This document shows positions 21,457 through 33,900 of a stretch of DNA of 64,000 bases, in pieces (the stretch's first letter is position 1; each line of letters begins with the position of its first letter). A program made the translations under genes and the position numbers. The DNA lies in the NCBI GenBank assembly GCA_043228905.1, contig JBHGNT010000013.1, positions 3,348,001 through 3,412,000 on the forward strand, given 5' to 3'. Under the pieces are notes generated by a model that worked only from the letters and a program-made list of their open reading frames with translations, had not been told where the DNA came from and ran no database searches. The DNA is from Azolla caroliniana (taxonomy: Eukaryota > Plantae > Polypodiophyta).

Positions 21457-23023
21457 ATGTCCGACTCAACTAGTGAGTTAGGCCAAATAATGGTAGCCTT
21501 ACGACAACTACAGCTTGAAAATGAAGCTCTTCGAAATTCTTTACAAGAACTTCAAGTCGGTACCTCCCTATCCTCACAACCCCCGAACCCTAGTCTCCCA
21601 CAACAACCTAGCCTAGAGCCCGATCTTCTACCAACATCTAGCCTAGCTTCATCACAGTTTCTTGAGCCTAAGGTTAGCCTCCCAGAAAAATTTGATGGAA
21701 CGAGGTCGCGTTTCCGAGGGTTCATCAACCAAGTTCGACTTATCATTCTGCTACAACCTCAACGTTATGGAGATGTTCTTCGACAAGTCGGCCTTGTGGG
21801 CACCCTTCTCTCCGGTCCGGCCCAAGCTTGGTTTGCACCATTGGTAGAAACCTCGTCACCTCTATTGGAGGACTTTCCCCCCTTCCTCACCGTTTCCGAG
21901 GGTTCATCAACCAAGTTTGACTTATCATTCGGCTACAACCTCAATGTTATGGAGATGGTCTTCGACAAGTCGGCCTTGTGGGCACCCTTCTCTCCAGTCC
22001 GGCCCAAGCTTGGTTTGCACCATTGGTAGAAACCACGTCATCTCTATTGGAGGACTTTCCCGCCTTCCTCGCCGAGTTAGAGGCCACATTTGGAGAGACA
22101 GACTGATGACGTACAACTCTTAACAAGATTTATACACTCGAACAAGGTTTGCGTGCAGCTTCGGTCTATGCTTCAAAATTTTGACAACTAGCATGCAGCG
22201 TCAATTGGGATGATCAAGCTTTAGTTGATCACTTTTGGCGCGGCCTTCGAAGCAATGTCAAGAATCTTCTCTTAAACTTTCCGGAGCCCACCTCGTTATC
22301 CCAAGCGATTTCACAAGCAGTCCATTGTGACAATCGTCTTTTCGAATTTCACCAAGAAGAGCGCCGGACTTGGGTTCCACCTAATTCACTTCCACTCCAT
22401 GCCCCAGTCATACAACCCCAGACATCCTCACACTCGCCTACTTTGGCAGATGCTCCTGTCCCCGTGGAAATTGATCAAGCCCGATTTCGGCCATTGACTG
22501 ATGCTGAACGACAATTTCGGCGGGCTAATGGCTTGTGCATGTATTGTGGTGCCTCCAGTCATGTTGTTCGCCATTGTCCTAGGAGTACTCGCCCACAATT
22601 CCATCGAGCTAACGGACCCCAACATCCGGAAAACGACATTGTTCGGTTGCAGTAGGAGCCATGCAACTGGACATCTCCCGTCGCCCACATTCTCTTGGTT
22701 CCATTGCCGGACCATCAGGCAATTTCACATTGGAGGTATGGCTCTCGTTTAACTCTAGTTCCATTCAGTCTGTTGCTTTACTTGATTCTAGGACATCTTC
22801 TTGCTTCATCAACGTCGCGTTTGCCCAAGCACATGGCGTACCTGTCATTGGCCTCTCAAAACCCATTCCAATTGAAGCCATTGACAGGTGCGTCCTCTCG
22901 TCAGGTGCAATTACTCAAGCTACAATCCCATTAAGGCTTCGGGTGGGCTCATACCAAGAGGAGCTCGCCTTTTACCTCATCACATCTCCTCGACATCCGA
23001 TCGTCTTAGGACTAAATTCTTGA
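21457..23023 (+). pseudogene. Chromovirus Y gag plus N-terminal protease
   Basis: PEKFDGTR; zinc knuckle CMYCGASSHVVRHC; ALLDSRTS protease in the -1 frame; 182-bp internal duplication 21709-22072. Confidence 0.85.
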
Positions 23024-26000
23024 GCTAATTCTTGCTTCATGGATAGGAACTTTGCCCAAGCTCATCAGATATCACTCAGAAAACTCCCATGTCTAGCCTC
23101 TGTAGTAGTCATTGATGGTCGTCCCATTGCTTCCGGAAATATCATAGAATGAGTCAGAGCCCGTTAATATTGTCCTAGATAATCTAGCATGTGTAGTATC
23201 ATTTAATATAATTAGCATCCCAGAATACCCCATTGTTTTAGGATTACCATGGTTCGAATTACATAACCCAGACATAGATTGGAGAATAAGAGAAATCCAG
23301 TATCGAAAAGCCCGAGGGTCTACTCATGAGATTGCAACCATTTCGCTACATCAATTGCGGGAAGAAGCATGCAAGGAAGAAATGTTTCTCTTTGCAATAT
23401 CAGTAAAGCCCTCAGACACCATTAAAGAGGAGTCCATTGTTCAACTTCCAAAGAAGTATCATCATTATGTTGATGTGTTTGATAAAGTACAAGCCAATAC
23501 GCTTCCTCACCATCGACCGTATGATTGCCCCATCGATTTACAACCGGGAAAAGAGACACCATGGGGACCAATCTACAATTTGTCACCAACCGAGCTAGAA
23601 GTCCGACGAGCCTATATAGAGGAGAATTTGGAAAATGGTTTCATTCGGCATTCGAAATATCCGGCTGGCGCACCCATTTTCTTCGTCAAGAAAAAGGATG
23701 GATCACTTCGTCTCGTTTAGATTACCGTGGCTTGAATAAGGTTACAATCAGAAATAGGTATGCACTTCCCCTTATCTCAAGTCTTTTAGAATAGATCAAT
23801 GGTGCCAGGTTCTTCACCAAGATCGACTTACGGGGAGCCTATAACCTCGTACAGATCCGACCAGGAGATGAATGGAAGACCGCGTTTTGTACCAGATATC
23901 GGCACTTCGAGTATACGGTCATGCCGTTCGGCCTCACTAATGCGCCAACAGTCTTCCAGCACATGGCAAATGATATATTCCAAGATCTCTTGGGTGTTTG
24001 TTTAATCATCTATTTCGACGATCTACTGATTTATTCGAAGACCCAAGAAGAGCATGATTCTCATGTACTGATAGTACTAAAACGACTTCGAGAACATGGT
24101 CTTTATGCAAAGTTGGAAAAATATAGTTTTGGGTGCAACCAGGTGGAATTTCTAGGCTATGTCATTTCCTCGGAAGGCATCTCCATGGATCCAGCTAAGG
24201 TCAAAACTATGGTAGAGTGGCAGACTCCGCGTTCAATGCGAGATGTGCAATGCTTTTTAGGTTTTACCAATTTTTACCGGAAGTTCATACAGGATTACTC
24301 AAAGCTCGTTCTGCCTCTCACACAGCTTACCAGGAAGGGACAATCGTTCATTTGGTCTGAAGAAGCAGACATGGCTTTCGAGAGTCTTAAAAAGGCATTT
24401 ACATCGGCTCCAATTCTAGCTCATGTCGATCTGGAAAAACCATTCATTATCGAAGCAGACGCATCAGATTTCGCAGGGAGCATTTTGTCACAACGGGGTA
24501 ATGATGAGAAGCTACATCCTGTGGCTTTTCACTCACGCATGTTTGACGCCACTAAAATCAACTATGTAATTCATGATAAGGAGCTATGGCAATAGTCCAC
24601 TCTTTTACGCAATGGAGGAATTTTCTAGAGGGATCCTCTCATCAAGTCACCGTATTCAGTGACCACAAAAACCTTGCCTACTTTCAAGACGCTCGTGTGT
24701 TAAATCTATGTCAAGCTCGGTGGGCCCACTTCCTCACGCATTTCGACTTCAAAATTACATATCATCTGGGGAAGCACCAAGGGAAGGCAGATTCATTATC
24801 ACAGCATTTGTACCTAGCACCGCGTCCCGACAAGCCAGCTTTTGATAACCAAAAGCAAGTAATCTTGGGACCGACACGATTGCAAGCAACACAAGTCTTT
24901 GGCATGCCCATGGATTCCCACATTATCGATACTATACGTGAGGACTTCAAGACCGATGCTTTCTCCCAAGCCATTCTAGCACAAATTGATCCCTCTTGAG
25001 CATCTTGTTCACAGTCACAACCACTAGGTACGAACTATCGACAATTCAAATACCATGATGGATTACTATTCTTTAATGAACTCTTGTATGTTCCTAATGG
25101 TTCTTGCCGCCTTCGAGTAGTCCAAAACTGTCATGACACATATACAGCTGGGCATTTTGGTAGTACTAAAACATTAGATTTAGTACAACGATCATTTTGG
25201 TGGCCCCGTATGTGACAATTTGTCGAAGATTTTGTTCGAACTTGCAAAAATGCCAAGGCATCATCCATATGGTTTATTAGAACCATTACCAATTCCAAGC
25301 AAGCCATGGCAATCCATTGCTCTACACTTCATCACAGATCTTCCAGTCTCTAAGGGGTTCAATGCGATTCTAACAGTCGTAGATCAATATATGAAGATGG
25401 CTCATTTTTTGCCATGTACTAAGGAAATCTCCAGTGAAGAAACCGCTGAAATTGTCATGCGTGACGTATGTTGGCATCATGGCCTTCCCGATAGTATCAT
25501 CAGTGACTGTGGACCCCAGTTCATATCGAAATTCTGGAAGTACCTTTTTAAAATGCTCAAGGTCACTTGTAACCTCTCCTTCGGCTACCACCCACAAACC
25601 GATGGCCAAGCAGAGCGAACAAATCAAATGCTAGAGCAGTATCTTCGGTGCTTTCTAAGCTATCATCAGGATGACTGGGCAGATATTCTTCACTTTGCCG
25701 AATTTGCCTATAATAACTCTATCCACGCATCGACTAAAGTTACACCATTTTATGCTTATACGGGTTGTCACCCCCGGTGGTGTGTTTTTGAAACCCCAGA
25801 GTTGTCCACACATCCTTGCGCAGAGGATCGTTTAGAGTGGTTACGCAAGATACAAGCCGATTTATCTACTCATCTCCAACAAGCTCAACAAACACACAAG
25901 GTTTACGCAGATCGTTATCGACTTCCATCCAATTTTAACATTGGAGATCGGGTATGGCTACTCCGACGACATATCAAGACTACTCGCCCATGCGAGAAGT

Positions 26001-26414
26001 TGGATTATCGGTGATTAGGTCCTTTCCGTATTACAGGAAAGATTAATGATGTCACTTTTTGTCTCGATCTACCTCCGCAACTTCAGATACATCCGGTGCT
26101 TCATAGTTCTCTCCTCGCACCCTATCAAGAGAGCACCATCCCAGGACGTATTACACAGCCTCCACCCCCCATCGAGCTTGAAGATGGACCTGAGTACGAG
26201 GTTGCCGCCATCCTTGATTCCAAGATTGTTTGCAACAAGATCTACTATCTAGTCGATTGGCTTGGATATAGCCCCAGCGAGCGTACTTGGGAACCGATAG
26301 AGAATGTGACCAATGCTTGTGCTCTTCTTGAAGACTTCCATCGTCAATATCCAAACAAACCGGATCCTCAATCCAAAACGACTCCTGACGCTCATTGTTT
26401 TGAAAGGGGGATAG
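23021..26414 (+). pseudogene. Chromovirus X pol (PR-RT-RH-INT-chromodomain), disrupted
   Basis: MPFGLTNAP, YFDD, EADASDFA, HPQTDGQAER; chromodomain EYEVAAILDS...YLVDWLGY...TWEP; PPT GAAAGGGGGATAG. Confidence 0.9.
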
Positions 26415-27201
26415 TGTCATGATATGGCAAGACTCGAACCCATGACCTTATGCTACATGGGTCGAGCTCTTAACCATTAGACCATACATTGTTATACAAA
26501 AGATATTATTTTCATTTATATTTTATTATAGAAAATTGATATATATTCCAGATTTCTCTGGAACATTCTAGAAACTTCAAGAGTACTCCTGAGAACACTA
26601 TAAAAGGAGGCACAAGGCATTATTTCGAACCAAATCGGTTCAACGCCAGTCTTAAACCTCCTAGCTACTATTGGATACTCTCTTCACATAATATATATCA
26701 TTTATCATCATTCTCTCTCTGTCACAGATCATAAGCTCAAGAGACAAGCAAGAAGATAACCAAATGGACAAGAAAGAAGATAGTATTAAAGGAAAGACTC
26801 CATAACTGGTGTTGTTCACCTTGAATTCCTTCAAGGTGAACTCCTCTATTTATACTACATGGCATGCATACTTGTTGCATGCATGTGAATCTACAATAGA
26901 GCATGTAGGTATGCATGCATGTGCCAAGTGTAAATACTACAAGGGAGCAACTATGCACATGATGCTAGCAAAACAATAAGGACCAATTACATACATAACT
27001 ATGTACTAGATATCTTGGTTAACTCATAATACTAGATTATAACATGGTCGTGTCAAGAGTTCGAATCTTGACCCTCTCACCCTTTCTCTCTCTCTCTCTC
27101 TCGCTCACTCTTTCCTTCTCTGGAGAGTTCTACATCTCTCTTAGTAGTAATCCTCATCTTTTAGTACTAATTCCTTCTCTGTCTTAGTATTGATACTGAC
27201 A
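26415..27201 (+). repeat. 3' LTR of chromovirus X, interrupted by inverted LTR-Y (26720-27073, TSD CTCTC)
   Basis: TGTCATGATATGG...ACTGACA matches 30921-30484. Confidence 0.85.
26431..26484 (-). promoter_or_regulatory. tRNA-like A-box/B-box module at the U3 edge of LTR X (copy at 30852-30905, + strand)
   Basis: TGGTCTAATGGTTAAGAGC...GGTTCGAGTC with 44 nt spacing. Confidence 0.65.
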
Positions 27202-27319
27202 CCTACTTAGCCAGTTCATGCAGAATCTTGGTTACATAACTATGTACTAGATATCTTGGTTAACTCATAATACTAGATTATAACATGGTCATGTCAAGAG
27301 TTCGAATCTTGAGATTATC

Positions 27320-30300
27320 CCCCCTCCTACGCCGCCTTCCCAAATCGGCCGCTGGTTTGTGGGGATATCGGTGATGAAAATCTTGGACAACCTCTTGGGC
27401 ATTTTGTAAATTTGCCGATGGTTCCCACGTGGCCTCAGACATGGGGTAACCCCTCCATAGGACAAGGTATTGCAAGTGTCGACAGTGCCAACGCGAGTCA
27501 AGGATGTGGTCGACCTCGTATTCCTCCCCAGTCGTCAATTGCACAGGTGGTGGTGGTGGGGCCGGACGTCCTGGGAGTTGTGAAGCATAATGGGGTTCGA
27601 GGAGGGAGACATGAAAAACATCGTGAATTCGGAAGTGGGATGGAATGGCGAGCCGGAAGGTGACGGGATTGATGCACTCGATGATACGGAATGGTCCCAA
27701 CTTCTTGTAATCAAGTTTCGCACATGGACGAGTAGTAGAGATGTGTCGACGTAACAACCAGACCATGTCTCCAATGACAAAGTGTGCAGTGGAAGATCGA
27801 TGGCGATCAGCCTGCTTCTTGTATCATTCACTAGCAAGACTAAGCTCTAAGCATAAATCATGATGTAGTTCTTCCAAAATGCGGCCGCGATCCTCCGCCG
27901 AAGGGTTCACGGAAGTGGTAGGAAGGGAAATGTTGAAGCAAGGATGTAAACCATAGTTGGCAAAGAAGGGAGTGACGACAGTCGATGCATGGAGAGAATT
28001 ATTGTAGGCGAATTCCGCGAGCGAATGTAAGTTGACCCAATCATCTTGTTGGTAACTAACCGAGCACCAAAGATACTGCTCAAGGATTTGGTTGACACGC
28101 TCCGTTTTCCCGTCAATTTGGGGGTGATAAGCGGAGGACAACTTGACAGAGATGCCTAAAGTTTGTAGCAGGCACTGCCAGAAGTGAGAGACAAACTAGG
28201 GTCCACGATCCGAGATGACATCATCGGGGAGTCCATGCAAGCATACCACATTGTTGAGTAGTAGATGCACCATTCCTTCTCCGGAAATGGTTTTGGAGCA
28301 TGGAGTGAAGTGAGCCATCTTTGTAAACCGATCGACAACGACCAACACCGAGTCATAGCTATTGACCAAGGGTAGATCAGTTATCAGGTCCATAGAGATA
28401 GAGGCCCAAGGACGACGAGGACATGGAAGCGGCTGTAGTAACCCGTGTGGCCGATGATGAATGGCTTTGGAGCGACCACAAACCTCACAAATATTTATGT
28501 ATTATTTGACCAACTTCCATTGTTGTGGCCACCAATACCCCCGAGAGATTATCTTGAAGGTTTTCGCGACCCCAAAATGACCTGCTAGTGGGTCATCGTG
28601 GCATTCCCGCAACATCCAGGTGTGACATGGGCCCTCTGGGACGTATAAGAGATGATCTCGGAACAACAAACCCTCTTGTATGGTGAAGGTGTCAAGTTCC
28701 TTCCTTTTGGTCGCGTTGGAGGGGTTTTGCAGACTATCTCGAATCTCATTGGCGAAAGCATCGGTCTTGGATGCATCAGTGATTTGTTGGAGTAAAGAAT
28801 CATCCTGCAACATACAAGTGGCAAAAAGATGCAATTGGTCGGGTTTCAACAAACGTCTAGGTTGTTGAGCATAAGTAGCATCCTCAGGGCGGAGTGCAAG
28901 GTCAGCTCGGCGAGAAAGGGCATTAGCCTTCACATGTTGGCCACCAGGTTGAAATACAATCTCAAAATCGTAGTCAGCGAGAAATGTCGACCAACGGGCC
29001 TGCCTTCGATTCAAAGTACAAGTGCTGGAAAAATAAACTAAATTTTTATGATCAGTCACTACCTGGACACGATGTTGTGCGCCGGCCAAGTAGGGCCGTC
29101 ATTCTTCAAAGGCAGCAATGATAACAGCAAGCTCCTTGTTGTAAATGGGATAGTTGATTTCGGATGCCGTAAATTTTCAGGAATAGTAAGCCACTGGGTG
29201 CATCAGGTTGTTGTCATCTGCCTGGCATAAGATGGCGCCAATGGCAAAGTCAGAGGCATCGGTTTCGACTTGGAAGGGTTTTGTGGGGTCGGCATGTAGC
29301 AATACCGGGGCAGTGATGAATGCGTGTTTGAGTGAGTCGAATGCATTTTGCGCCTCCGAGGTCCATAAAAATGGAGTGCCTTTATGGGTGAGAGCGATAA
29401 GAGGTTGTGCTAGGGTGGAAAACCCCTTGATGAAGCGACAGTAAAAATTCGCGAAGCCGAGGAAGGATTGCACATCTTTAAGTCGCCTTGGAGTCGCCCA
29501 CGCTTGAATGACAGAGACCTTCTTCATATCCATGGTGATGTCAGTGGGCGAGATGATGTAGCCCAGAAACTCGATCGAGGTACGGTCGAACTCACATTTC
29601 TCGGCTTTGGCATAAAGGCCATGCTCGCGAAGTTTGGCAAGAACTAATCGGACTTGGCGAGTGTGCTCCTCCATGTTTGGCGAGAAAATGAGAATATCAT
29701 CGAGGTAAATGACAACAAAAAGATCAAGATATTCCCGGAATATATCGTTCATCATATGTTGAAAAGCTACGGGAGCGTTAGTAAGACCAAAAGGCATTAC
29801 CTTGTATTCGAAATGTCCATACTGTGTTCGAAATGCGGTTTTCCATTCATCCCCCGGCTTGATGCGTACTAGATTGTATGCTCCACACAGATCAACTTTG
29901 GAGAAGACACGTGCAACTCGGAGCCGATCAAGGAGTTTGGGGATCAGAGGTAGCGGATAGCGGTTGCGCACAGTGCGTTTGTTGAGGCCTCGGTAGTTGA
30001 CGCATAAGCGTAGAGAACCGTCCTTCTTCTTCACAAATAAAATGAGGGCCCCGGCTGGTGACTTAGAAGGTTTAATAAATCCTTTCTCGAGGTTCTCATA
30101 GAGATACACATGAAGGGCCTTCAACTCTGGGGCAGACAATGCATATAGAGGACCAAAGGGTGGACACGCAACTTCTTGAAGATCAATCGGACAGTCGTAG
30201 AGCCGGTGTTCAGGCAAACGATCAACATTACATTTTTCAAATACGTCAGAGAAGTGTTGGTATTTTTCGGGAATAACATGGAGTGTGTTAGAAATGGCGC

Positions 30301-30470
30301 CACAAACAAACCCATCCTGGACCAATGATGGGGTAGTCCATTCGGAGTCGACCGTCTCCGAAGGATAGGAAACTGAATTTACCTTCATACTTTTGCACGA
30401 GCATCTTGGTTTGCTAAATGTGATCGAGCGGTTGCACCAATCCACTATTGGATTGTGCGCCTCCAACCAC
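27320..30470 (-). pseudogene. Chromovirus Y pol (PR C-terminus-RT-RH-INT-chromodomain)
   Basis: WLEAHNP, YLDD, ETDASDFA, HPQIDGKTER, EYEVDHILDS...YLVLWRGY; PPT and partial LTR-Y at about 27230-27325. Confidence 0.9.
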
Positions 30471-30483
30471 AATCGGTTCAAAC

Positions 30484-30921
30484 TGTCAGGATCAGTACTA
30501 AGACAGAGAAGGAATTAGTACTAAAAGATGAGGATTAGTATAAGAGAGATGTAGAACTCTCGAGAGAAGGAAAGAGTGAGCGAGAGAGAGAGAGATAGAG
30601 AGAGAGAAAGGGTGAGAGAGAATGATGATAAATTATATATATTATGCGAAGAGAGTATACAATAGTAGCTAGGAGGCTGAAGACTGGCGTTGAACCGATT
30701 TGGTTTGAAATAATGCCTTGTGCCTCCTTTTATAGTGTTCTCAGGAGTACTCCTGAAGTTTCTAGAATGTTCCAGAGAAATCTGGAATATACATCAATTT
30801 CCTATAATAAAACATAAATGAAAATAATAATATTTTATGTATAACAATGTATGGTCTAATGTTCAAGAGCTCGACCCATGTAGCATAAGGTCATGGGTTC
30901 GAGTCTTGCCATATCATGACA
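30484..30921 (-). repeat. 5' LTR of chromovirus X with self-priming PBS (30471-30481)
   Basis: PBS TTGAACCGATT is complementary to AATCGGTTCAA about 34 nt after TATA in the LTR. Confidence 0.85.
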
Positions 30922-33900
30922 GTAGGCCGACCGAATAACTGAGGTCGGGGGTTGCGTAATGGTTAGATACATCAAACTACCGATCTGTTGTCGATACTGA
31001 ATCGGCTCGCTCTCAGCGGTTCCGGAATTTGCGTCTATCTTTAGGTTACGATCGAGAGGGGTAGACATAGGCTTGCGCTCGGTCCTTCCAAACTTGTAGA
31101 GTAAGTTGAGGATGTAGTGCCATTGTGAGATCATTATCCCACTGGTGTCCGAATTAATTCAATGCCTAGGAAGTAATGGAGTTCGTGCATGTCTTTCATT
31201 TCGAATCTGCCGGAGAGAAGTGTTTTGACTTTGTTGATCTCGGCGAGATCCTTTCCTCCGATGACCAAGTCATCCATGTATAGGATGATGATGATCGGGC
31301 TTTCCGAGTCATTTCGAATGTAAAGAGAAGTATCGCTTTCTTGTTCAGGGGGAGAGGAACGAGATCCCATGTCTCATTCTTGCATAAGACTTTCATCTCC
31401 TCATTCATCCCGTCGACCCATCGCAGATCCTTTGCGGCTTCAAAAAGCATTTCCGGTTCCTGTACTGATGCTACTTTCATCATAAAAGCGTAGTGATACG
31501 TCATGTACTCGTCAAAGCCGTAGCGGTTTACAGGGTTCTTTTCACGTGTAGATCGGCGTAGCTCTTGATCCGTGGGGAGTGTGGCTTTCTTCGCTCCATC
31601 TATGCGGATGTCAAGTTTTCAAATTCATTGTCAAGAGAGTGAAGCATCGTGGTCTCTTCCTGATCTTCATATTCCCGCATTTTCACCTTCCCTTCGTCCA
31701 GCCACTCAGACGTGTCGTAATGGGGTTGTCTTCTAACATCTATGTGAGCTGATCCTCATCTTCTATTTTTATTTCGGTGTCATACGCGTTGAGCGGGGTT
31801 GGAGTCGAAGTATTCTCTGGTGCGTATGAGAATGCGTATTCGTCGAAAACTACGTCTCGACTTGTTCGAACTTTACGGGTAGATGGGTTGTAGCATTTGT
31901 ACCCGTTTTGTTCAAGTAAGTATCCTACGAGAATGCATTTCTCCGACTTTGGGAAAGCTTTTGCTGTGTGTCGTCGGGAATATGTATGTAGGCGATAGAA
32001 CCGAAAAGTCGGACATGTGACAAGTCTGGCTTCTTTCCGAAGAACTTCTCATGCGGAGTTATATCGTGTACTCCCGAGGTTGTGCACCTGTTCATGAGAT
32101 ATATGGCCGTATTTGCCGCTTCTGCCCAATATGATTTCGGCAGGTTCTTCTCATTCATCATGGCTCGTGCGACTTCTACTGCATGGCAATTTTTACACTC
32201 TACTACACCGTTTTGCTGAGGCGTGTTTCGACATGAGAACTCTTGTCGGATTCCTTCTTTTCGGAGATATGCCGTAAATTCATCTGAAAAATATTTTTTG
32301 TTGCCATCTGATCGAAGACAACGTACATGCGGACCCATAGTTTTTTCAACTTCGGCTTTGTATGTCTAGAAGTGCTTGAACACTTCACTCTTCTACTTCA
32401 TCGGATAGATCCAGGTGTTCTTGGAGAAGTCGTCAATGAACGTGACATAGTATTGGCATCCGCCAAATGTTGCTGTTTGGGCTGGTCCCCACACATCTGA
32501 ATGTACGACATCCAGGATTCCTTTGCTCACATTCTGCTCTTTAGGGAATGGGTGACGACGTTGCTTTCCGAACTGACATGCTTCGTATACGCCTGTAATC
32601 TCCTTCGCCGTAAAGTTCGAGAGTGATGTGGCCGATTGATGTGGTTGATTCTCTTGTGCCACAGTTTCAATTTGGTTTCGACTTTCTGGCCCTTTGCAAA
32701 CATGGCCGACTTTACCTCGCTTGATTCGAGAATGAACATACGGCCTTCACGACGGCCGTGAGCTATGACTTGATCGTCTTTTTCAATGAAGCACCCGTCG
32801 TTATTGAAGCGTACTTGCATTCCTTGTTCGAAAATCTGGCCAACCGAGACCAGGTTTTCATAATAGTGGGGACATGCAACATGTTCTTGAGGTAGGTCTG
32901 TTCGTCGTCGTTTCCGAATGGGATGTTCCCAATATGTTGTATTGGGTGAGTCGTGTCATCTCCTGTTTTGACATATCCGGGATGTTCGGGCTTCCGTAGT
33001 TCCCGAAACCAATCTTCATGGGACGTCATGTGATTGGATGCTCCCGAATCGACAAACCATACGTTGTTTAGAGTGGAAGCGGTAGTTGATGCACATGCGG
33101 ACATTGAGCGCCCTTCGTGCTTCATTATGAACATCCCACCGCGGTCGCTGTAGTCGGAGTTCGTGGCGTAATTTGTTAGTTGTCGGCCTTGCTCACGCTT
33201 CTTCTTTCAACATTCCTCTTCATAGTGTCCGGGTTTTCCGTAGTACCCGCATTCAACTGGGTTCCTATGGTTGCTCGGTCCGGCATGATGACTCCCCCTT
33301 TCGCCGAACTCTCTAGGGCTGTTTCTGTCCGCTTGCCATTGGTGGGAATTACGCTCTTGGTTGTGTCAACCTTGGCCGAATCGACCTCTCCTTTCGCGAC
33401 TTGTCCTCTTCCTCCATCGAAGTTTGAATATAGAATTTTTCCTTCATGCGCGTTGTTCCTTTGACACATGTGATTCTCTTCGATTAGCAACAATGATTGG
33501 AGATAAAAAAAAGGAGGGAGGATTCTCTCTCGCGAGAACGGCTGCTGATCTTATTGTGCCAAAACGCGGCGCCAAGCCACCAAGGCATATCTGCACCATC
33601 TCTTCGTCATCAATGTTAACATTGATCGATCCAAGGGCATCGCACAACTCCTTGATCTTTAAGGTGTAGTTGCCGATTGACATGTCCCTTTGTTGACGAT
33701 TGTTCAGCTCCTGTCAAAGTTGGAGCTTTCATGTGGCCGTATTGGCTACGAAAACTTCTTGAGATTTTCGCACGCCTGCTTCGGCGTTTTAGCCTCTCGA
33801 ATGTAGCCAAAAATATGATCTTGAACGCATGATGCGAGGCAATACAACACACGGCTTGCGGCCTGCTCCCACGCGGGATAGTCGGCGTGTGTTGGGTTGG

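Larger units (their letters stand above)
20925..30921. mobile_element. Rearranged composite of two chromoviruses (X and Y; Tcn1/Tf1-sushi-like)
   Basis: Bounded by LTR-X sequence with TSD GTAGG (20920-20924 and 30922-30926); two convergent pol genes, each with a chromodomain. Confidence 0.88.

Noticed and set aside
22655-22678. Pseudoknot second stem GGAG/CUCC in chromovirus Y
   Set aside because: Only a 1-nt linker would span a 12-bp stem, which is sterically doubtful, so only the hairpin is claimed.
26420-26490. Functional tRNA gene or SINE insertion (also at 3470-3535 and 12140-12205)
   Set aside because: Acceptor and anticodon stems do not pair, there is no separate TSD or tail, and the module is an integral part of both LTR copies where two are visible.
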